Shown: positions 39,889 through 49,578, counted from the stretch's first letter. The stretch is DNA of 64,000 nt from Candidatus Aenigmatarchaeota archaeon (GCA_018304545.1 JAGVVZ010000003.1:32987-96986); one strand, 5' to 3'. The notes: generated by a model from the sequence alone, not told the origin. Translations and numbers: made by a program.

Positions 39889-40999
39889 CTAAGATGTAGA
39901 CGCTACCTTCTGTAAAGCTACCGACACATGGAACTGGGTATGTCAATCTGAATTGACATTCAGCTGTGTGTTGGTTCAACAATCTTGTTGGTGCTGCTGT
40001 TTCTCTTATTAATGGCATAGCACCTGCACAACTTGCTGATGTACAACCTGCCGCGTTGTTTTTGTTTGTTATATCATTGAAGTTATTGTCTGCATCTGTA
40101 CCAACTTTACATCTGTAGTCCATTCCTTGTGGCGCTACTAATGTACCTGCTGTTTCAACGTCCAATACATTGCTGACTGGACATTTTGCTGCAAAGTGTG
40201 TTGGGTCTGTTAGATCACTGGCTGCTATGTAAGCTGCTAGGTCTACACCACCTTCTGCTAGGTTTGTGACCAACAATTTATTCGTAGAATAAACTGTTTG
40301 TCCTGGTACACCAGATTCATATTGAATTGCTGGAGCACCGTTGTTTGTGTCTAAGAACAACAGAACTTCTGGGTTGAAAAACCAAAGTTGTGAGATACCG
40401 TCTGTTGAGACAGATCCACTTTGATCGAAGGCTTCGATGTTAACTGTCATCTCACCTACCCAAGATGGTTCTACTGTCCATATACACTCAAAGATTTTAT
40501 CAAATCTATCGTCCAAACCTGCTAGATCTGTTGGACCTACTGGTTGTAATTGTCCGAAATCAACGTTGTGATTTACATTGAACATATTCCAGACTCCTAT
40601 TCCAGTTCCCACACCAACATAGCTTGCTGTAACATCGTTACATTTTACTTCTGCTTCGTCGTCGACTGTTACGTGTGCTGTCAAAATATCAACAGCGCCG
40701 TTCAAGTCTCTAACTCCGATCAATTCTGCGACTTGTTCACCAGTGAATGCATATTCATTGGCTCTGAGTTCAGAGCTTAAATCTACACATCCATTTGTCT
40801 GAAGATCAAATCCGTTTGGTCTTGATCCACCTTGGCCGTTGTCTGCACAAATATCAAAGACTTTCTTCAAAAGATAAACCTTTGGCTCAACGTTACCAGG
40901 TGTTGCTTCGTTAGGGAAGCTGTCTGCTAGTGCTACTGGTGTAGCTGCTAATACTAATACTGCGAGGGCTAAAACTAATGCTTTATTATAAGCTTTCAT
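39875..40999 (-). CDS. Secreted 374-aa protein, candidate major envelope or filament subunit
   Basis: Clean signal peptide, strong GGAGGT RBS, beta-rich, multiple Cys, no TM anchor, terminal beta-strand SVYILVRAI. Confidence 0.7.
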   Translation of the reverse strand: MKAYNKALVLALAVLVLAATPVALADSFPNEATPGNVEPKVYLLKKVFDICADNGQGGSRPNGFDLQTNGCVDLSSELRANEYAFTGEQVAELIGVRDLNGAVDILTAHVTVDDEAEVKCNDVTASYVGVGTGIGVWNMFNVNHNVDFGQLQPVGPTDLAGLDDRFDKIFECIWTVEPSWVGEMTVNIEAFDQSGSVSTDGISQLWFFNPEVLLFLDTNNGAPAIQYESGVPGQTVYSTNKLLVTNLAEGGVDLAAYIAASDLTDPTHFAAKCPVSNVLDVETAGTLVAPQGMDYRCKVGTDADNNFNDITNKNNAAGCTSASCAGAMPLIRETAAPTRLLNQHTAECQFRLTYPVPCVGSFTEGSVYILVRAI

Positions 41000-41387
41000 G
41001 TGTATTTAGCACCTCCATTTAATGTTAAAAAGATGGCTGATTAAAGATTTAAAGCTTTTTAGGTTTCTTTAGGCTTCTTTTAGCTTATATCATACTGAAA
41101 ATTCTTTATCTAATCATATAAAGCATTTTTCTACCTTATTTAAGATAAATTGCTATTAGATAAGCTTTAATTTTATACAGTATAGAAACTTCTATTACTA
41201 AGAAAAAGTGATACTTATAGGTAATAGCAACGAATTGTATACGAGATTTTTCGAGAAATTCACCAAGGACTAGTAGCAATAGAATATATTATATAAGAGA
41301 AAGGACTAAAATCAAAACTATCCTTTAAGCCCAAATCCAGTAAAATGACAAACTTAAATGTATAATAACTTTAATTTAATTGACTAA

Positions 41388-41834
41388 ATGATACATGAAG
41401 AAATACGAAGAAGGATGATTAGAAGTTTTGGTGACCCCGAATTAGCATTCAAAATATATGACCTTCTCGGCGGTGATGCTAACATAGAAGCGTTACTGGC
41501 AATAGCACGAGAAAGAGGAATGAATGAAACGGGGTTTGCAGGCGTTGTATTTGTTTATGATTTTCCCGATCCATCATATGCGGGACCGACAGCGGATATC
41601 CAATTATATGGAAGACAAGCGAGTGCTTTGACATCTGACGGACATCCGAAAAATCCAGATGTTTTTCCTTACTGCCTCAGATTATCTGATGGACGAAGTT
41701 TGCCTTATAAATATGGACGTGCCTGTTTAGAAGAAACGGAAATTTTTGGCTTGGAAGCAAGAAAATGGCGTGGACTGAGAGAAGGTCCGGATACATATCA
41801 GAGATGGCTGGAAGATACAACAATCAATATCTAA
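41388..41834 (+). CDS. Hypothetical protein (orphan)
   Basis: 148-aa ORF. Confidence 0.5.
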   Translation: MIHEEIRRRMIRSFGDPELAFKIYDLLGGDANIEALLAIARERGMNETGFAGVVFVYDFPDPSYAGPTADIQLYGRQASALTSDGHPKNPDVFPYCLRLSDGRSLPYKYGRACLEETEIFGLEARKWRGLREGPDTYQRWLEDTTINI

Positions 41835-41913
41835 AGGACTTGTATAAAACCTATATAAGGAGTAAGAAAGTTATTTCTAAATTATTCGAATAAAGGATAG
41901 TGAAAATAAGGAA

Positions 41914-42243
41914 TTATCTAGTTAAATTCTCCAATCTCTTAACTAACTCTTCAAAAACTAATTTTTTCTTTTCTGGCGTAAGACTGAATAAAATTTTTGA
42001 AATCATATGTTTTGAAATCGTAAAAATATAATTTAGTTTTATAACACTATCTTTGGCTGCTCCGTCTTTTTTAGTCAATGGTATGCCTTTCATTTCAATA
42101 TTGCTTGTTACACCGGCAACAACGATATTATCAAATTCTTCAAAAAGAACAATAACTGGTCTTATCTTAATTTCAAAGGTATCAGTAAATTGGACTTTAG
42201 CTAGGACAACATCTCCGGATTTATACACTTTCCCATGCCTCAT
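41914..42243 (-). CDS. mazF: MazF/PemK-family toxin
   Basis: GDVVLAKVQFTD..KIRPVIVL...VVAGVTS...DSVIKLNYIFTI. Confidence 0.85.
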   Translation of the reverse strand: MRHGKVYKSGDVVLAKVQFTDTFEIKIRPVIVLFEEFDNIVVAGVTSNIEMKGIPLTKKDGAAKDSVIKLNYIFTISKHMISKILFSLTPEKKKLVFEELVKRLENLTR

Positions 42244-42448
42244 CTTCCTTATTATCCCACAATTCTTTCATTTTATGTTGTTGTATTTTATGTAAAAATT
42301 CATCATACTGATTCATTGATTTTAATTTCTTCAAGACGGTTATAACCTTCATTATAATTTCATTATACGTTTCCCTAGGATATTCCTTCATTTCTTTCAA
42401 AGATTTGACTACATTTTTGTCTAACTGTATCGTTGTAACGTTAGCCAT
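42221..42448 (-). CDS. Antitoxin (ribbon-helix-helix type) for MazF
   Basis: TTIQLD...LKEMKEYPRETYNEII, ELWDNKEDEAW; overlaps the toxin start. Confidence 0.8.
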   Translation of the reverse strand: MANVTTIQLDKNVVKSLKEMKEYPRETYNEIIMKVITVLKKLKSMNQYDEFLHKIQQHKMKELWDNKEDEAWESV

Positions 42449-42578
42449 TATATATCACCTATAGTATATATATAGAAAGTATATAAGTACTTTACTATAA
42501 ATCAATACTAGAAGAAACAGGATATCTGCTTGAAAATTATTAAGTTACAGTAAGTTTTAATTTCCTTCGTATTATAAA

Positions 42579-42938
42579 TTGGTTATGTCTCACACATATA
42601 AGAGATCGGATCTACCTCAAGGTGTAGATTTAGATTTGGTAACTACAGAAGAGCATAGAATACGAGGCCTATATTATCGCGCATTAAGAGAATTGGTAGA
42701 TGGGAGAGCGCACATTCCTAATAATTGGATCAGGTGGATAAGACCAAGTGCTCAAACTTTATATCAGGCCGGCCTAATAGATATCAAGGAAGAAGACGAT
42801 CCAGATATATTACGCCAAATTAAAAAAAGAGGATCTCACCGCAAACCTGGCTATGTTTACTGCAGACTACTTCATTACGCGTTAGCTTTATATTTGTTGG
42901 GGAAATATGAACACCGAAAACCTGTGATAGAAGACTGA
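42579..42938 (+). CDS. Hypothetical protein (orphan)
   Basis: About 119-aa ORF. Confidence 0.5.
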   Translation: MVMSHTYKRSDLPQGVDLDLVTTEEHRIRGLYYRALRELVDGRAHIPNNWIRWIRPSAQTLYQAGLIDIKEEDDPDILRQIKKRGSHRKPGYVYCRLLHYALALYLLGKYEHRKPVIED

Positions 42939-42985
42939 ACAATTGGTCTAAGTTAAATTTATAAAATTCAACTTTTGATCAACTT

Positions 42986-43936
42986 ATGATTAGTATGAGA
43001 GTTGTAAATGAGGGCGGATTCAGCCAGCAGCATGTAAGCATGATCTATGGAATGGCCAACAATGCCGCTAGTACACTGGGATTGTATGTTGACAGACTGC
43101 ATCTGACTTTACCCAAAGATGTCAGAATAATTATGGATTCAACCGGCGAGCAGTTATCATCCTATCAAAGAACAGGAATCGGACAGCTGCAAGTTGACTA
43201 TGATTCTGGAATAGTATACATGTCTACGACACATGATTTTCTGCGCAGGACATCAAAAAACACAATGAGAAGGCTTGTTGAGCATGAAATGTGCCACTGC
43301 AAAGATTATGCAGATGGCCTGTATGGAAGAGACATGAAAGTGTATACAAACAGGCAAGCTATGAAAGAGTTTCCCATGCATCTTGCATATTTCTTTGAAA
43401 TTTTTATGGCTTACACGGATTACAGAGTTTCGCAAAGACAGATCAAAGTCTTCGGAGGAGAGGGATATCGGGTTTATCATCTTTATGGGCTAAACGAATT
43501 TCTGCAGGAAATGGAAAAAGAAGCTGCTCGAGGAATAATGAATAGAGATGAATCCCAAATAAGACAGGTATTTTTCACTTGCTTGAAAGAATATATCAAA
43601 AGCAGACTATGCGGTTATAGGATTAAAGGAATGAGAAACGCTGTGTTTCAAGTCGCCGATTTAACCAAAGGATGCTTTGACGACATATCAGCAGCTCCGA
43701 TCATCTGGGATGAGGCAGGCAAGCTTCTGAATTTTGTTGTCTTTGATTTGATATTGAAGATTGATTTGCCTGCTACATACTTAAGCGATGTCGTGCAACC
43801 TAATAATGAGCATGGAAGCGTCGGCATAGACAATAAAAAACGATTTTTAGGTATCAGAGATAGAGAATCAGTGAGAGTGGCAGAGGGAATAGAAAGGAGA
43901 TTTGATGATTTTCTAAATTCATATGCTAACCCGTAA
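42986..43936 (+). CDS. Hypothetical protein with HExxH zincin motif
   Basis: LVEHEMCHCKD. Confidence 0.55.
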   Translation: MISMRVVNEGGFSQQHVSMIYGMANNAASTLGLYVDRLHLTLPKDVRIIMDSTGEQLSSYQRTGIGQLQVDYDSGIVYMSTTHDFLRRTSKNTMRRLVEHEMCHCKDYADGLYGRDMKVYTNRQAMKEFPMHLAYFFEIFMAYTDYRVSQRQIKVFGGEGYRVYHLYGLNEFLQEMEKEAARGIMNRDESQIRQVFFTCLKEYIKSRLCGYRIKGMRNAVFQVADLTKGCFDDISAAPIIWDEAGKLLNFVVFDLILKIDLPATYLSDVVQPNNEHGSVGIDNKKRFLGIRDRESVRVAEGIERRFDDFLNSYANP

Positions 43937-44047
43937 AGTTTTCCTAGATCAGACAGAAATATGTTTGCTTGACACTCCAACATATTGATTTTATGATCTC
44001 CTTGGAATGTTTATAAAGACTATTTACAAAGAATTTACCCGATAAGA

Positions 44048-44386
44048 ATGGGGGAAGTTCAATATTTAGATTTACATAAAGTAGAATTATATGGTTGGCA
44101 TAGATCAAGGAGTGGAAACGACATTCGTAGATATCAGGAATTAATTAGGAGTGGAAGTGAAGCTCCTCCTATTCATGTTTGCGAGATTGGACCTGATGAG
44201 TACACACTAGATATGTATTACACAGTGAATAGAGGTCTTGATAATGCTCTTCTAGATGGCGGACACAGGAGAGCTAAAGCTTATTATGAAGAAAGAGTGC
44301 CTCTTCCAGTTATTCTTAGCAATAAGGCATTTGCTGTACCTCCAGAAAGAAGAGTTCCTATTTCAAAGATGGAGCTTGTAGACTAA
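44048..44386 (+). CDS. Stand-alone ParB/sulfiredoxin-like domain protein
   Basis: PPIHV...LLDGGHRRAKA. Confidence 0.6.
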   Translation: MGEVQYLDLHKVELYGWHRSRSGNDIRRYQELIRSGSEAPPIHVCEIGPDEYTLDMYYTVNRGLDNALLDGGHRRAKAYYEERVPLPVILSNKAFAVPPERRVPISKMELVD

Positions 44387-44512
44387 CGCAGATTACGTGT
44401 ACATTATTTCGAATTGGAATATGGGTTGAATGATCATCTTTGTGTTTAATCTGCCACTACAATCATGGCAACAATCAGGAAATAATTAATTCTAATAATT
44501 AATATATTCTAT

Positions 44513-45274
44513 ATGAAAGAAGAATCAAAAAGCGTTTATGACTTTCCTGAGATTTATGACATTGTGATGAAGGGCAATAAGGAAACGGCCTTCTACTCAT
44601 CTTTTGTTTCAAAGGCAAAAAACATATTGTATTGCGGTTCGGGCAGCGGGAGACTGTTAATAGAATTCTTGAAAAAACATCCCGACAAAAATATCACCGG
44701 CATCGATGAAAACCCAAGCATGATTGCTGAATGCAACAGAAGATTGAAAGATGCCGGCTTAAAGGCAGAGATCATCCTAGGCGATATATTGTCCTACGAT
44801 TTCAGGAAAAAGTTTGATCTGATACTCATGCCTTATGCATTTCTGAATCATATAAAAGATGAAGGACATTTGCTGCTGTTCAAAAGATTGAAGGGTTTCA
44901 TGGTCAAAGATGCGAAAATAGTCTTTGACATATTCAGCCCCTTTTTCAATCCAAGATCAACTGATAGTAACTTGCAGGTAGATGACAAGAAATTAGTGAA
45001 GAATGAGGAGGGAGAATTTTTTGTTGAATACACCTACAAATATGATTTTCTGGATCAAGTGATGGATCAAATAACAAAAGTAGATAAATTAGAAGGCTGT
45101 GCTGTAAAAAATACGATGGTATTTACTGTCAGATTCAGATACTTCTTTCCAAAAGAGTTGGAAGGCGTATTTGCTCTTCTTGACTACAAAACAATAGATA
45201 AGTTCGGCGATTTCCAGAAAAATCCCATAACGGATCTTTCGGAGAGTTTAATTTATGTGATTTCCAACAGATAA
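44513..45274 (+). CDS. Class I SAM-dependent methyltransferase
   Basis: ILYCGSGSGR, TGIDENPSM, GDI...KKFDLI. Confidence 0.85.
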   Translation: MKEESKSVYDFPEIYDIVMKGNKETAFYSSFVSKAKNILYCGSGSGRLLIEFLKKHPDKNITGIDENPSMIAECNRRLKDAGLKAEIILGDILSYDFRKKFDLILMPYAFLNHIKDEGHLLLFKRLKGFMVKDAKIVFDIFSPFFNPRSTDSNLQVDDKKLVKNEEGEFFVEYTYKYDFLDQVMDQITKVDKLEGCAVKNTMVFTVRFRYFFPKELEGVFALLDYKTIDKFGDFQKNPITDLSESLIYVISNR

Positions 45275-45309
45275 TTTAAATTTCACATCCAAATAATATT
45301 AGTGATATA

Positions 45310-45879
45310 ATGGGCTGCACAAATTTTTTCAAGTATCATCCCGATGCGACACTGTCGGATTATGCCAAAAGATTTGGATATGATGCAAACGCTCTTGAAA
45401 GAGCTGTGAGAAAGACTGAAGAATACAGAGAGATGAGATCGTTCTCTAACGAGCAGATAGTGCTGAAAGAGGTTTTGCTGTCTTTGGATGCCAGAGGTCT
45501 TACTGACACATTATATGAAAGACAAAGACTCGAGCAGGTTTTGCCTTACGTGACTACCCAAAGTGCTGTGCATAGTGGATTCTCATTTACACCTATAACA
45601 ACTCAAACGGATTCTATGAGCAACGTATACGTACAGACAACTGATACCCAGCAATATGCAATGGACGCAACAGCATATAGGACAACGGAAGAGCAGAGAG
45701 TGAGGATGTATGAAGCTCTATATGAATCTGGAGAAGATGATGTAGAAGAAACACCGGAAGAAACGAAAGATGTTATGACATTACTATTGGCTTTACAGCT
45801 TATTGACGATGAGGAAAAGATGGCGAGTATAGAATTTGAAGAATCGGATGAGTTAATCGTTGAAATGGTTACTTCTTAA
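45310..45879 (+). CDS. Hypothetical acidic protein (orphan)
   Basis: 189 aa, GTGAT RBS-like motif upstream. Confidence 0.5.
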   Translation: MGCTNFFKYHPDATLSDYAKRFGYDANALERAVRKTEEYREMRSFSNEQIVLKEVLLSLDARGLTDTLYERQRLEQVLPYVTTQSAVHSGFSFTPITTQTDSMSNVYVQTTDTQQYAMDATAYRTTEEQRVRMYEALYESGEDDVEETPEETKDVMTLLLALQLIDDEEKMASIEFEESDELIVEMVTS

Positions 45880-45976
45880 CTTTGTTCATCATCTGCACAA
45901 GAACTTCTAGATCAACTCTCTTTTTGCAATGGGGACATTTTATTTCCCAAAATTGATCAAATTGTTTTGATTCCAT
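45869..45976 (-). CDS. Micro-protein with CPHC knuckle (below ORF-track cutoff)
   Basis: MESKQFDQFWEIKCPHCKKRVDLEVLVQMMNKVKK*. Confidence 0.45.
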   Translation of the reverse strand: MESKQFDQFWEIKCPHCKKRVDLEVLVQMMNKVKK

Positions 45977-46175
45977 TAATTTTTTCACATCTTTGATGAG
46001 TATGATGCTATATCAGACCTAATATTACTTATTTAGTCGAACCATAAGAAATACTTTTCTATTTTCCAGTTTATAATCACCAAATAATTGTATTTTTGTT
46101 TTCTAGTTAGGAGAAAAGAGTTTTCTATCTAATATTAAAGTACATTTTAAATCTGTTACGGAACATTTTATCATT

Positions 46176-47225
46176 ATGACAATGTATCTGGGTGCGGATA
46201 TAGGCGGCACAAAAGTTGGAGTGTCTGCGGTTCGAGTTTTAGAATCACAACTAGAAATTGTAAAGACTTTATCTGAACTGACAACAATATCACCAGATCC
46301 TAACGCATTAAGCCTACAACTGATCGAATTGACAGAAAGACTTATGGGAGATGTTGGGGAAACGGATTTCAGTGGTTACGGAATAAGCACTTTCGGTCCG
46401 CTCATAGATGGCAGATCAATAGATAACCCTTCCAATTTAACAGCAAGAGGAATAATTCCAGTTGTTGATCCTCTTTATAACAGATTCCAAATTAGAACTG
46501 TGATGGCTAATGATGCAAATTGCGGTGCGTTAGCTGAATACAGATTCAGGACAGATCAGAATGCAGATATTCAAAATCTGGTTTATATTACGTTAAGCAC
46601 GGGTATAGGCGGAGGATTTGTAAACAAAGGTGTATTGATTGAAGGCAAAAACGGAAATGCTGGAGAAATAGGTCATATGACCGTTCCTGTTCCTCCATAT
46701 TTTAGCAAATATGAATTGGACCCCAGACAGTGTGGATGTAGGAGAATCAGTTGTCTTGAAACTTATGCGTCTGGGAGAGCAATTCAAGAAATAGCAGCGG
46801 ACTTATTAGAAAGACGTATTGCAAAATCTGGTTCGCTTCCTAAACATTGGAATGATGGCCGGTTCAGAACTGATAGCAGATTTGATAGAACCAAGATAAC
46901 TACCAAGGACGTATTCGAAGCTGGCAGAAATGGAGATTGGCTATCCCAAGAAGTGGTTGACGGTGCTATAGATTATGTTGCTGCGGCAATAAGCAATTTA
47001 ATTAATCTGTTTGATCCTGAAGCGGTTTTTATTGGCGGTGGTGTGGCAAGACAAGACGACTATTTATTTGGACCTTTAGGAAATAAACTATATCCACTTC
47101 CGACTTTAAGAAAAGGCGTGTATGTAGGACCAAGCCAGTTAGGATATGACTTAGGTTTAGTGGCTCCATTCGCTCTTCTGCTTCCTGATGAAAGATATTC
47201 ATTTTCTAAAGCCACCCAAAATTAA
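46176..47225 (+). CDS. ROK-family sugar kinase (glucokinase-like)
   Basis: GADIGGTK, NDANCGALAE, STGIGGG, AGEIGH, CGC...CLETYAS. Confidence 0.9.
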   Translation: MTMYLGADIGGTKVGVSAVRVLESQLEIVKTLSELTTISPDPNALSLQLIELTERLMGDVGETDFSGYGISTFGPLIDGRSIDNPSNLTARGIIPVVDPLYNRFQIRTVMANDANCGALAEYRFRTDQNADIQNLVYITLSTGIGGGFVNKGVLIEGKNGNAGEIGHMTVPVPPYFSKYELDPRQCGCRRISCLETYASGRAIQEIAADLLERRIAKSGSLPKHWNDGRFRTDSRFDRTKITTKDVFEAGRNGDWLSQEVVDGAIDYVAAAISNLINLFDPEAVFIGGGVARQDDYLFGPLGNKLYPLPTLRKGVYVGPSQLGYDLGLVAPFALLLPDERYSFSKATQN

Positions 47226-47494
47226 TTAAACGTAACGGGACATCCTGATATTTTTTGTTCAACTTCTCTCATTGTAAGATGAACGTAATCCGAGCCTGCC
47301 AATTTATATGCATTTATAATCTCGGGAAATGTTCTTTGATCTCCGTTTATTTGATCGGCTGACAATACATCAACTATTCTATATGCTCTTCCAGGATAAA
47401 ATAGAGGTAAAATCATATGCCTCTCTAGGAAACAATAAGCTAAACCATAACAGGATTCGTATATAACCAGACATACGCTTGGCGCAACTCTCAT
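47222..47494 (-). CDS. Small hypothetical protein
   Basis: Likely start MRVAPSV at 47494; the upstream part of the tracked ORF overlaps the next gene. Confidence 0.4.
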   Translation of the reverse strand: MRVAPSVCLVIYESCYGLAYCFLERHMILPLFYPGRAYRIVDVLSADQINGDQRTFPEIINAYKLAGSDYVHLTMREVEQKISGCPVTFN

Positions 47495-47558
47495 ATTAAT
47501 TTTTTGGACTAAAAGGAATTTAAAATGAATATTTAAACTATCTCTCAAAAAATTAATT

Positions 47559-48398
47559 ATGAAAAAAGGACTTGAAAAGATTTTATGGGTATTGTTCTTA
47601 TTATCGATAGCTGTCTTGACTGTCGATGCCATCGGTATTCATTTCATGGCAGACTTCATACGAAGCCAAGGCTTCTTCTATTTCATGGTTTCTTTCCCTG
47701 TGCTGTTATTGATACTGCATTCCATATGGGCGATGGGATATTACAGAACATTTCTTTTCATCCTAATTGCTTCAGCGACAGGGCTTATTTTTGAAGTGAT
47801 TGGAGTCAATCATACGAGTGTTTTTGGCGGCTCATATATCTACAAAAATATCGGATTTATGATTTTCAATGTGCCTTTATTAGTTCCTATATATTGGTCC
47901 GTGTTCATCTATGTCGGCTATACCCTGACATCATCTTTTCTTTTCTGGATAAATCGCGATAAACCAAACAAGTTCAAAAAAGATATCATCCTGATGATAT
48001 TAATGATTTTATTGGATGGCCTGCTTGTCACAGGCATTGATGTTTTCATGGATCCTTTGCAGGTCAAAGAAGGCACATGGACATGGATAGAAAAGGGGCC
48101 GTATTATGGGATTCCCATAGGCAATTTCATAGGATGGTTTGCTGTTACAATTATATCTGTGAGTTTATTCAGAACCTTTGAGTATTATTACCCGCAAAAA
48201 TCAGCGAATGCAGATAGATCCATATTCATAATGCCTGTAGCTTCTTATGGAATGTTTTGCATACATTTCATATCTTATGCTCTAGCATACAAAATGCCTG
48301 AATTGGTCTTGATAGGAACTTTCGTTATGATGCCTGTGGTTATTGCTAATTTGATATTGTTCGCAAATTGGAAATTATACCATAGGAAAAATGAATAG
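47559..48398 (+). CDS. Carotenoid-biosynthesis membrane protein family (CruF/DUF422-like)
   Basis: EVIGV...FGGSYIY, VPLLVPIYW, DVFMDP, W.W...YYGIPIGNFIGWF. Confidence 0.8.
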   Translation: MKKGLEKILWVLFLLSIAVLTVDAIGIHFMADFIRSQGFFYFMVSFPVLLLILHSIWAMGYYRTFLFILIASATGLIFEVIGVNHTSVFGGSYIYKNIGFMIFNVPLLVPIYWSVFIYVGYTLTSSFLFWINRDKPNKFKKDIILMILMILLDGLLVTGIDVFMDPLQVKEGTWTWIEKGPYYGIPIGNFIGWFAVTIISVSLFRTFEYYYPQKSANADRSIFIMPVASYGMFCIHFISYALAYKMPELVLIGTFVMMPVVIANLILFANWKLYHRKNE

Positions 48399-48508
48399 CT
48401 TATAATGCGGACTCTAGATAAACACTTCTGCAAATAAGGTCTATGTTCTGGAAAATGATACAAAAGTAAATACCATTGAATTTATAGATAAAAGATGTAA
48501 TTCATTTT

Positions 48509-48727
48509 ATGAAAATCGTTTATACTAATCATGCTGAAATCAGATCTCTTCAGAGAGGCATCAAAAAAGAATTGATTGAAGAAGTGATAAAGAACCCAGA
48601 TATGATATTAGATCTAGATTATGAAAGAAAGCAAGCTATTAAAAAGATAAATAAAGATAAAATCAGTGTAATATATGTTAAGGAAGGTAACAACATCACT
48701 GTTATAACCGTACATTGGGGTGAATAG
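48509..48727 (+). CDS. DUF4258-family putative toxin
   Basis: YTNHAEIRSLQRGI...VIKNPD...VITVHW. Confidence 0.75.
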   Translation: MKIVYTNHAEIRSLQRGIKKELIEEVIKNPDMILDLDYERKQAIKKINKDKISVIYVKEGNNITVITVHWGE

Positions 48728-48944
48728 AATGGAGATAAGTTTGGATTTGAAGGCTGATGCTTTATATATTAAATTCCAGGATGGGAAATTCGCCAAAAAT
48801 GTAAAAATTGATAGAGATACTATTATGGATTTAGATTCTAAAGGAAGGATACTTGGCATAGAAATGCTTAATGTAACTAAAAAGATTCCAGCTGAAAATT
48901 TAGCCGATGTAAGTGTGAAATTACCGTTAAAGATTAGTTCTTAA
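48720..48944 (+). CDS. DUF2283-family putative antitoxin
   Basis: DLKADALYIKF...MDLDSKGRILGIEMLN. Confidence 0.8.
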   Translation: MNRMEISLDLKADALYIKFQDGKFAKNVKIDRDTIMDLDSKGRILGIEMLNVTKKIPAENLADVSVKLPLKISS

Positions 48945-49117
48945 ATTTAAAATAAAGATCTGGTCAATTGCTAATTTGATACTATTTATTAACTAGAAAA
49001 TTTCTAAGAAAACCGATCGGATTTAGCAGAGAATCATAATAATGTAATCATCATATAGTAGCTACAAAATAGAAATGTTTAAATATTGAAATCAATAATT
49101 AAGTAAAAGGTTTTATC

Positions 49118-49561
49118 ATGGCGTTTGTGGCAAGAGTTTCATTATCCGATCTGTATTTGCCTACAAGAGGATATATACACGAAGCCGGACTTAAAGATAC
49201 TTTTGGTACAGCAGAAGCTGCTGGAAATTATTTAAGACGAACGATTTTAGACAATAGTGATGTTCTTTCGCCGGAAGGTGAATCTTATACTTTCCTTATT
49301 GCAGCACTTTGAGGATATAACGGAAAACAAATTGCTGAAATAAACCGTTATATGGGATCTGAATGGCCAGGAAATCCGGATAGAAGATGCTTTGTTTTCG
49401 AAAACGGTATATGGTAGCCAAAACCTGATAGTGATAGTTGCAGCGAAACTGATATAGTCCTCGGAAGAGAACAAGAATATAGACTCGATACTCCTAATTT
49501 AGTAACTTATATGAAAGTACCACCTAATTTAGGAAAATGGGAACCTGCTGTTAGCCTATAG
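49118..49561 (+). pseudogene. Orphan pseudogene with two in-frame stops
   Basis: Frame continues through TGA 49310-49312 and TAG 49415-49417 with protein-like sequence to TAG 49559-49561 (148 codons). Confidence 0.6.
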
Positions 49562-49578
49562 TTCTTTTATTTAAATAT

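Noticed and set aside
49310-49417. Stop-codon recoding (Sec, Pyl or alternative genetic code)
   Set aside because: Two different stops occur in one gene, and TGA and TAG terminate other intact genes normally in this window.
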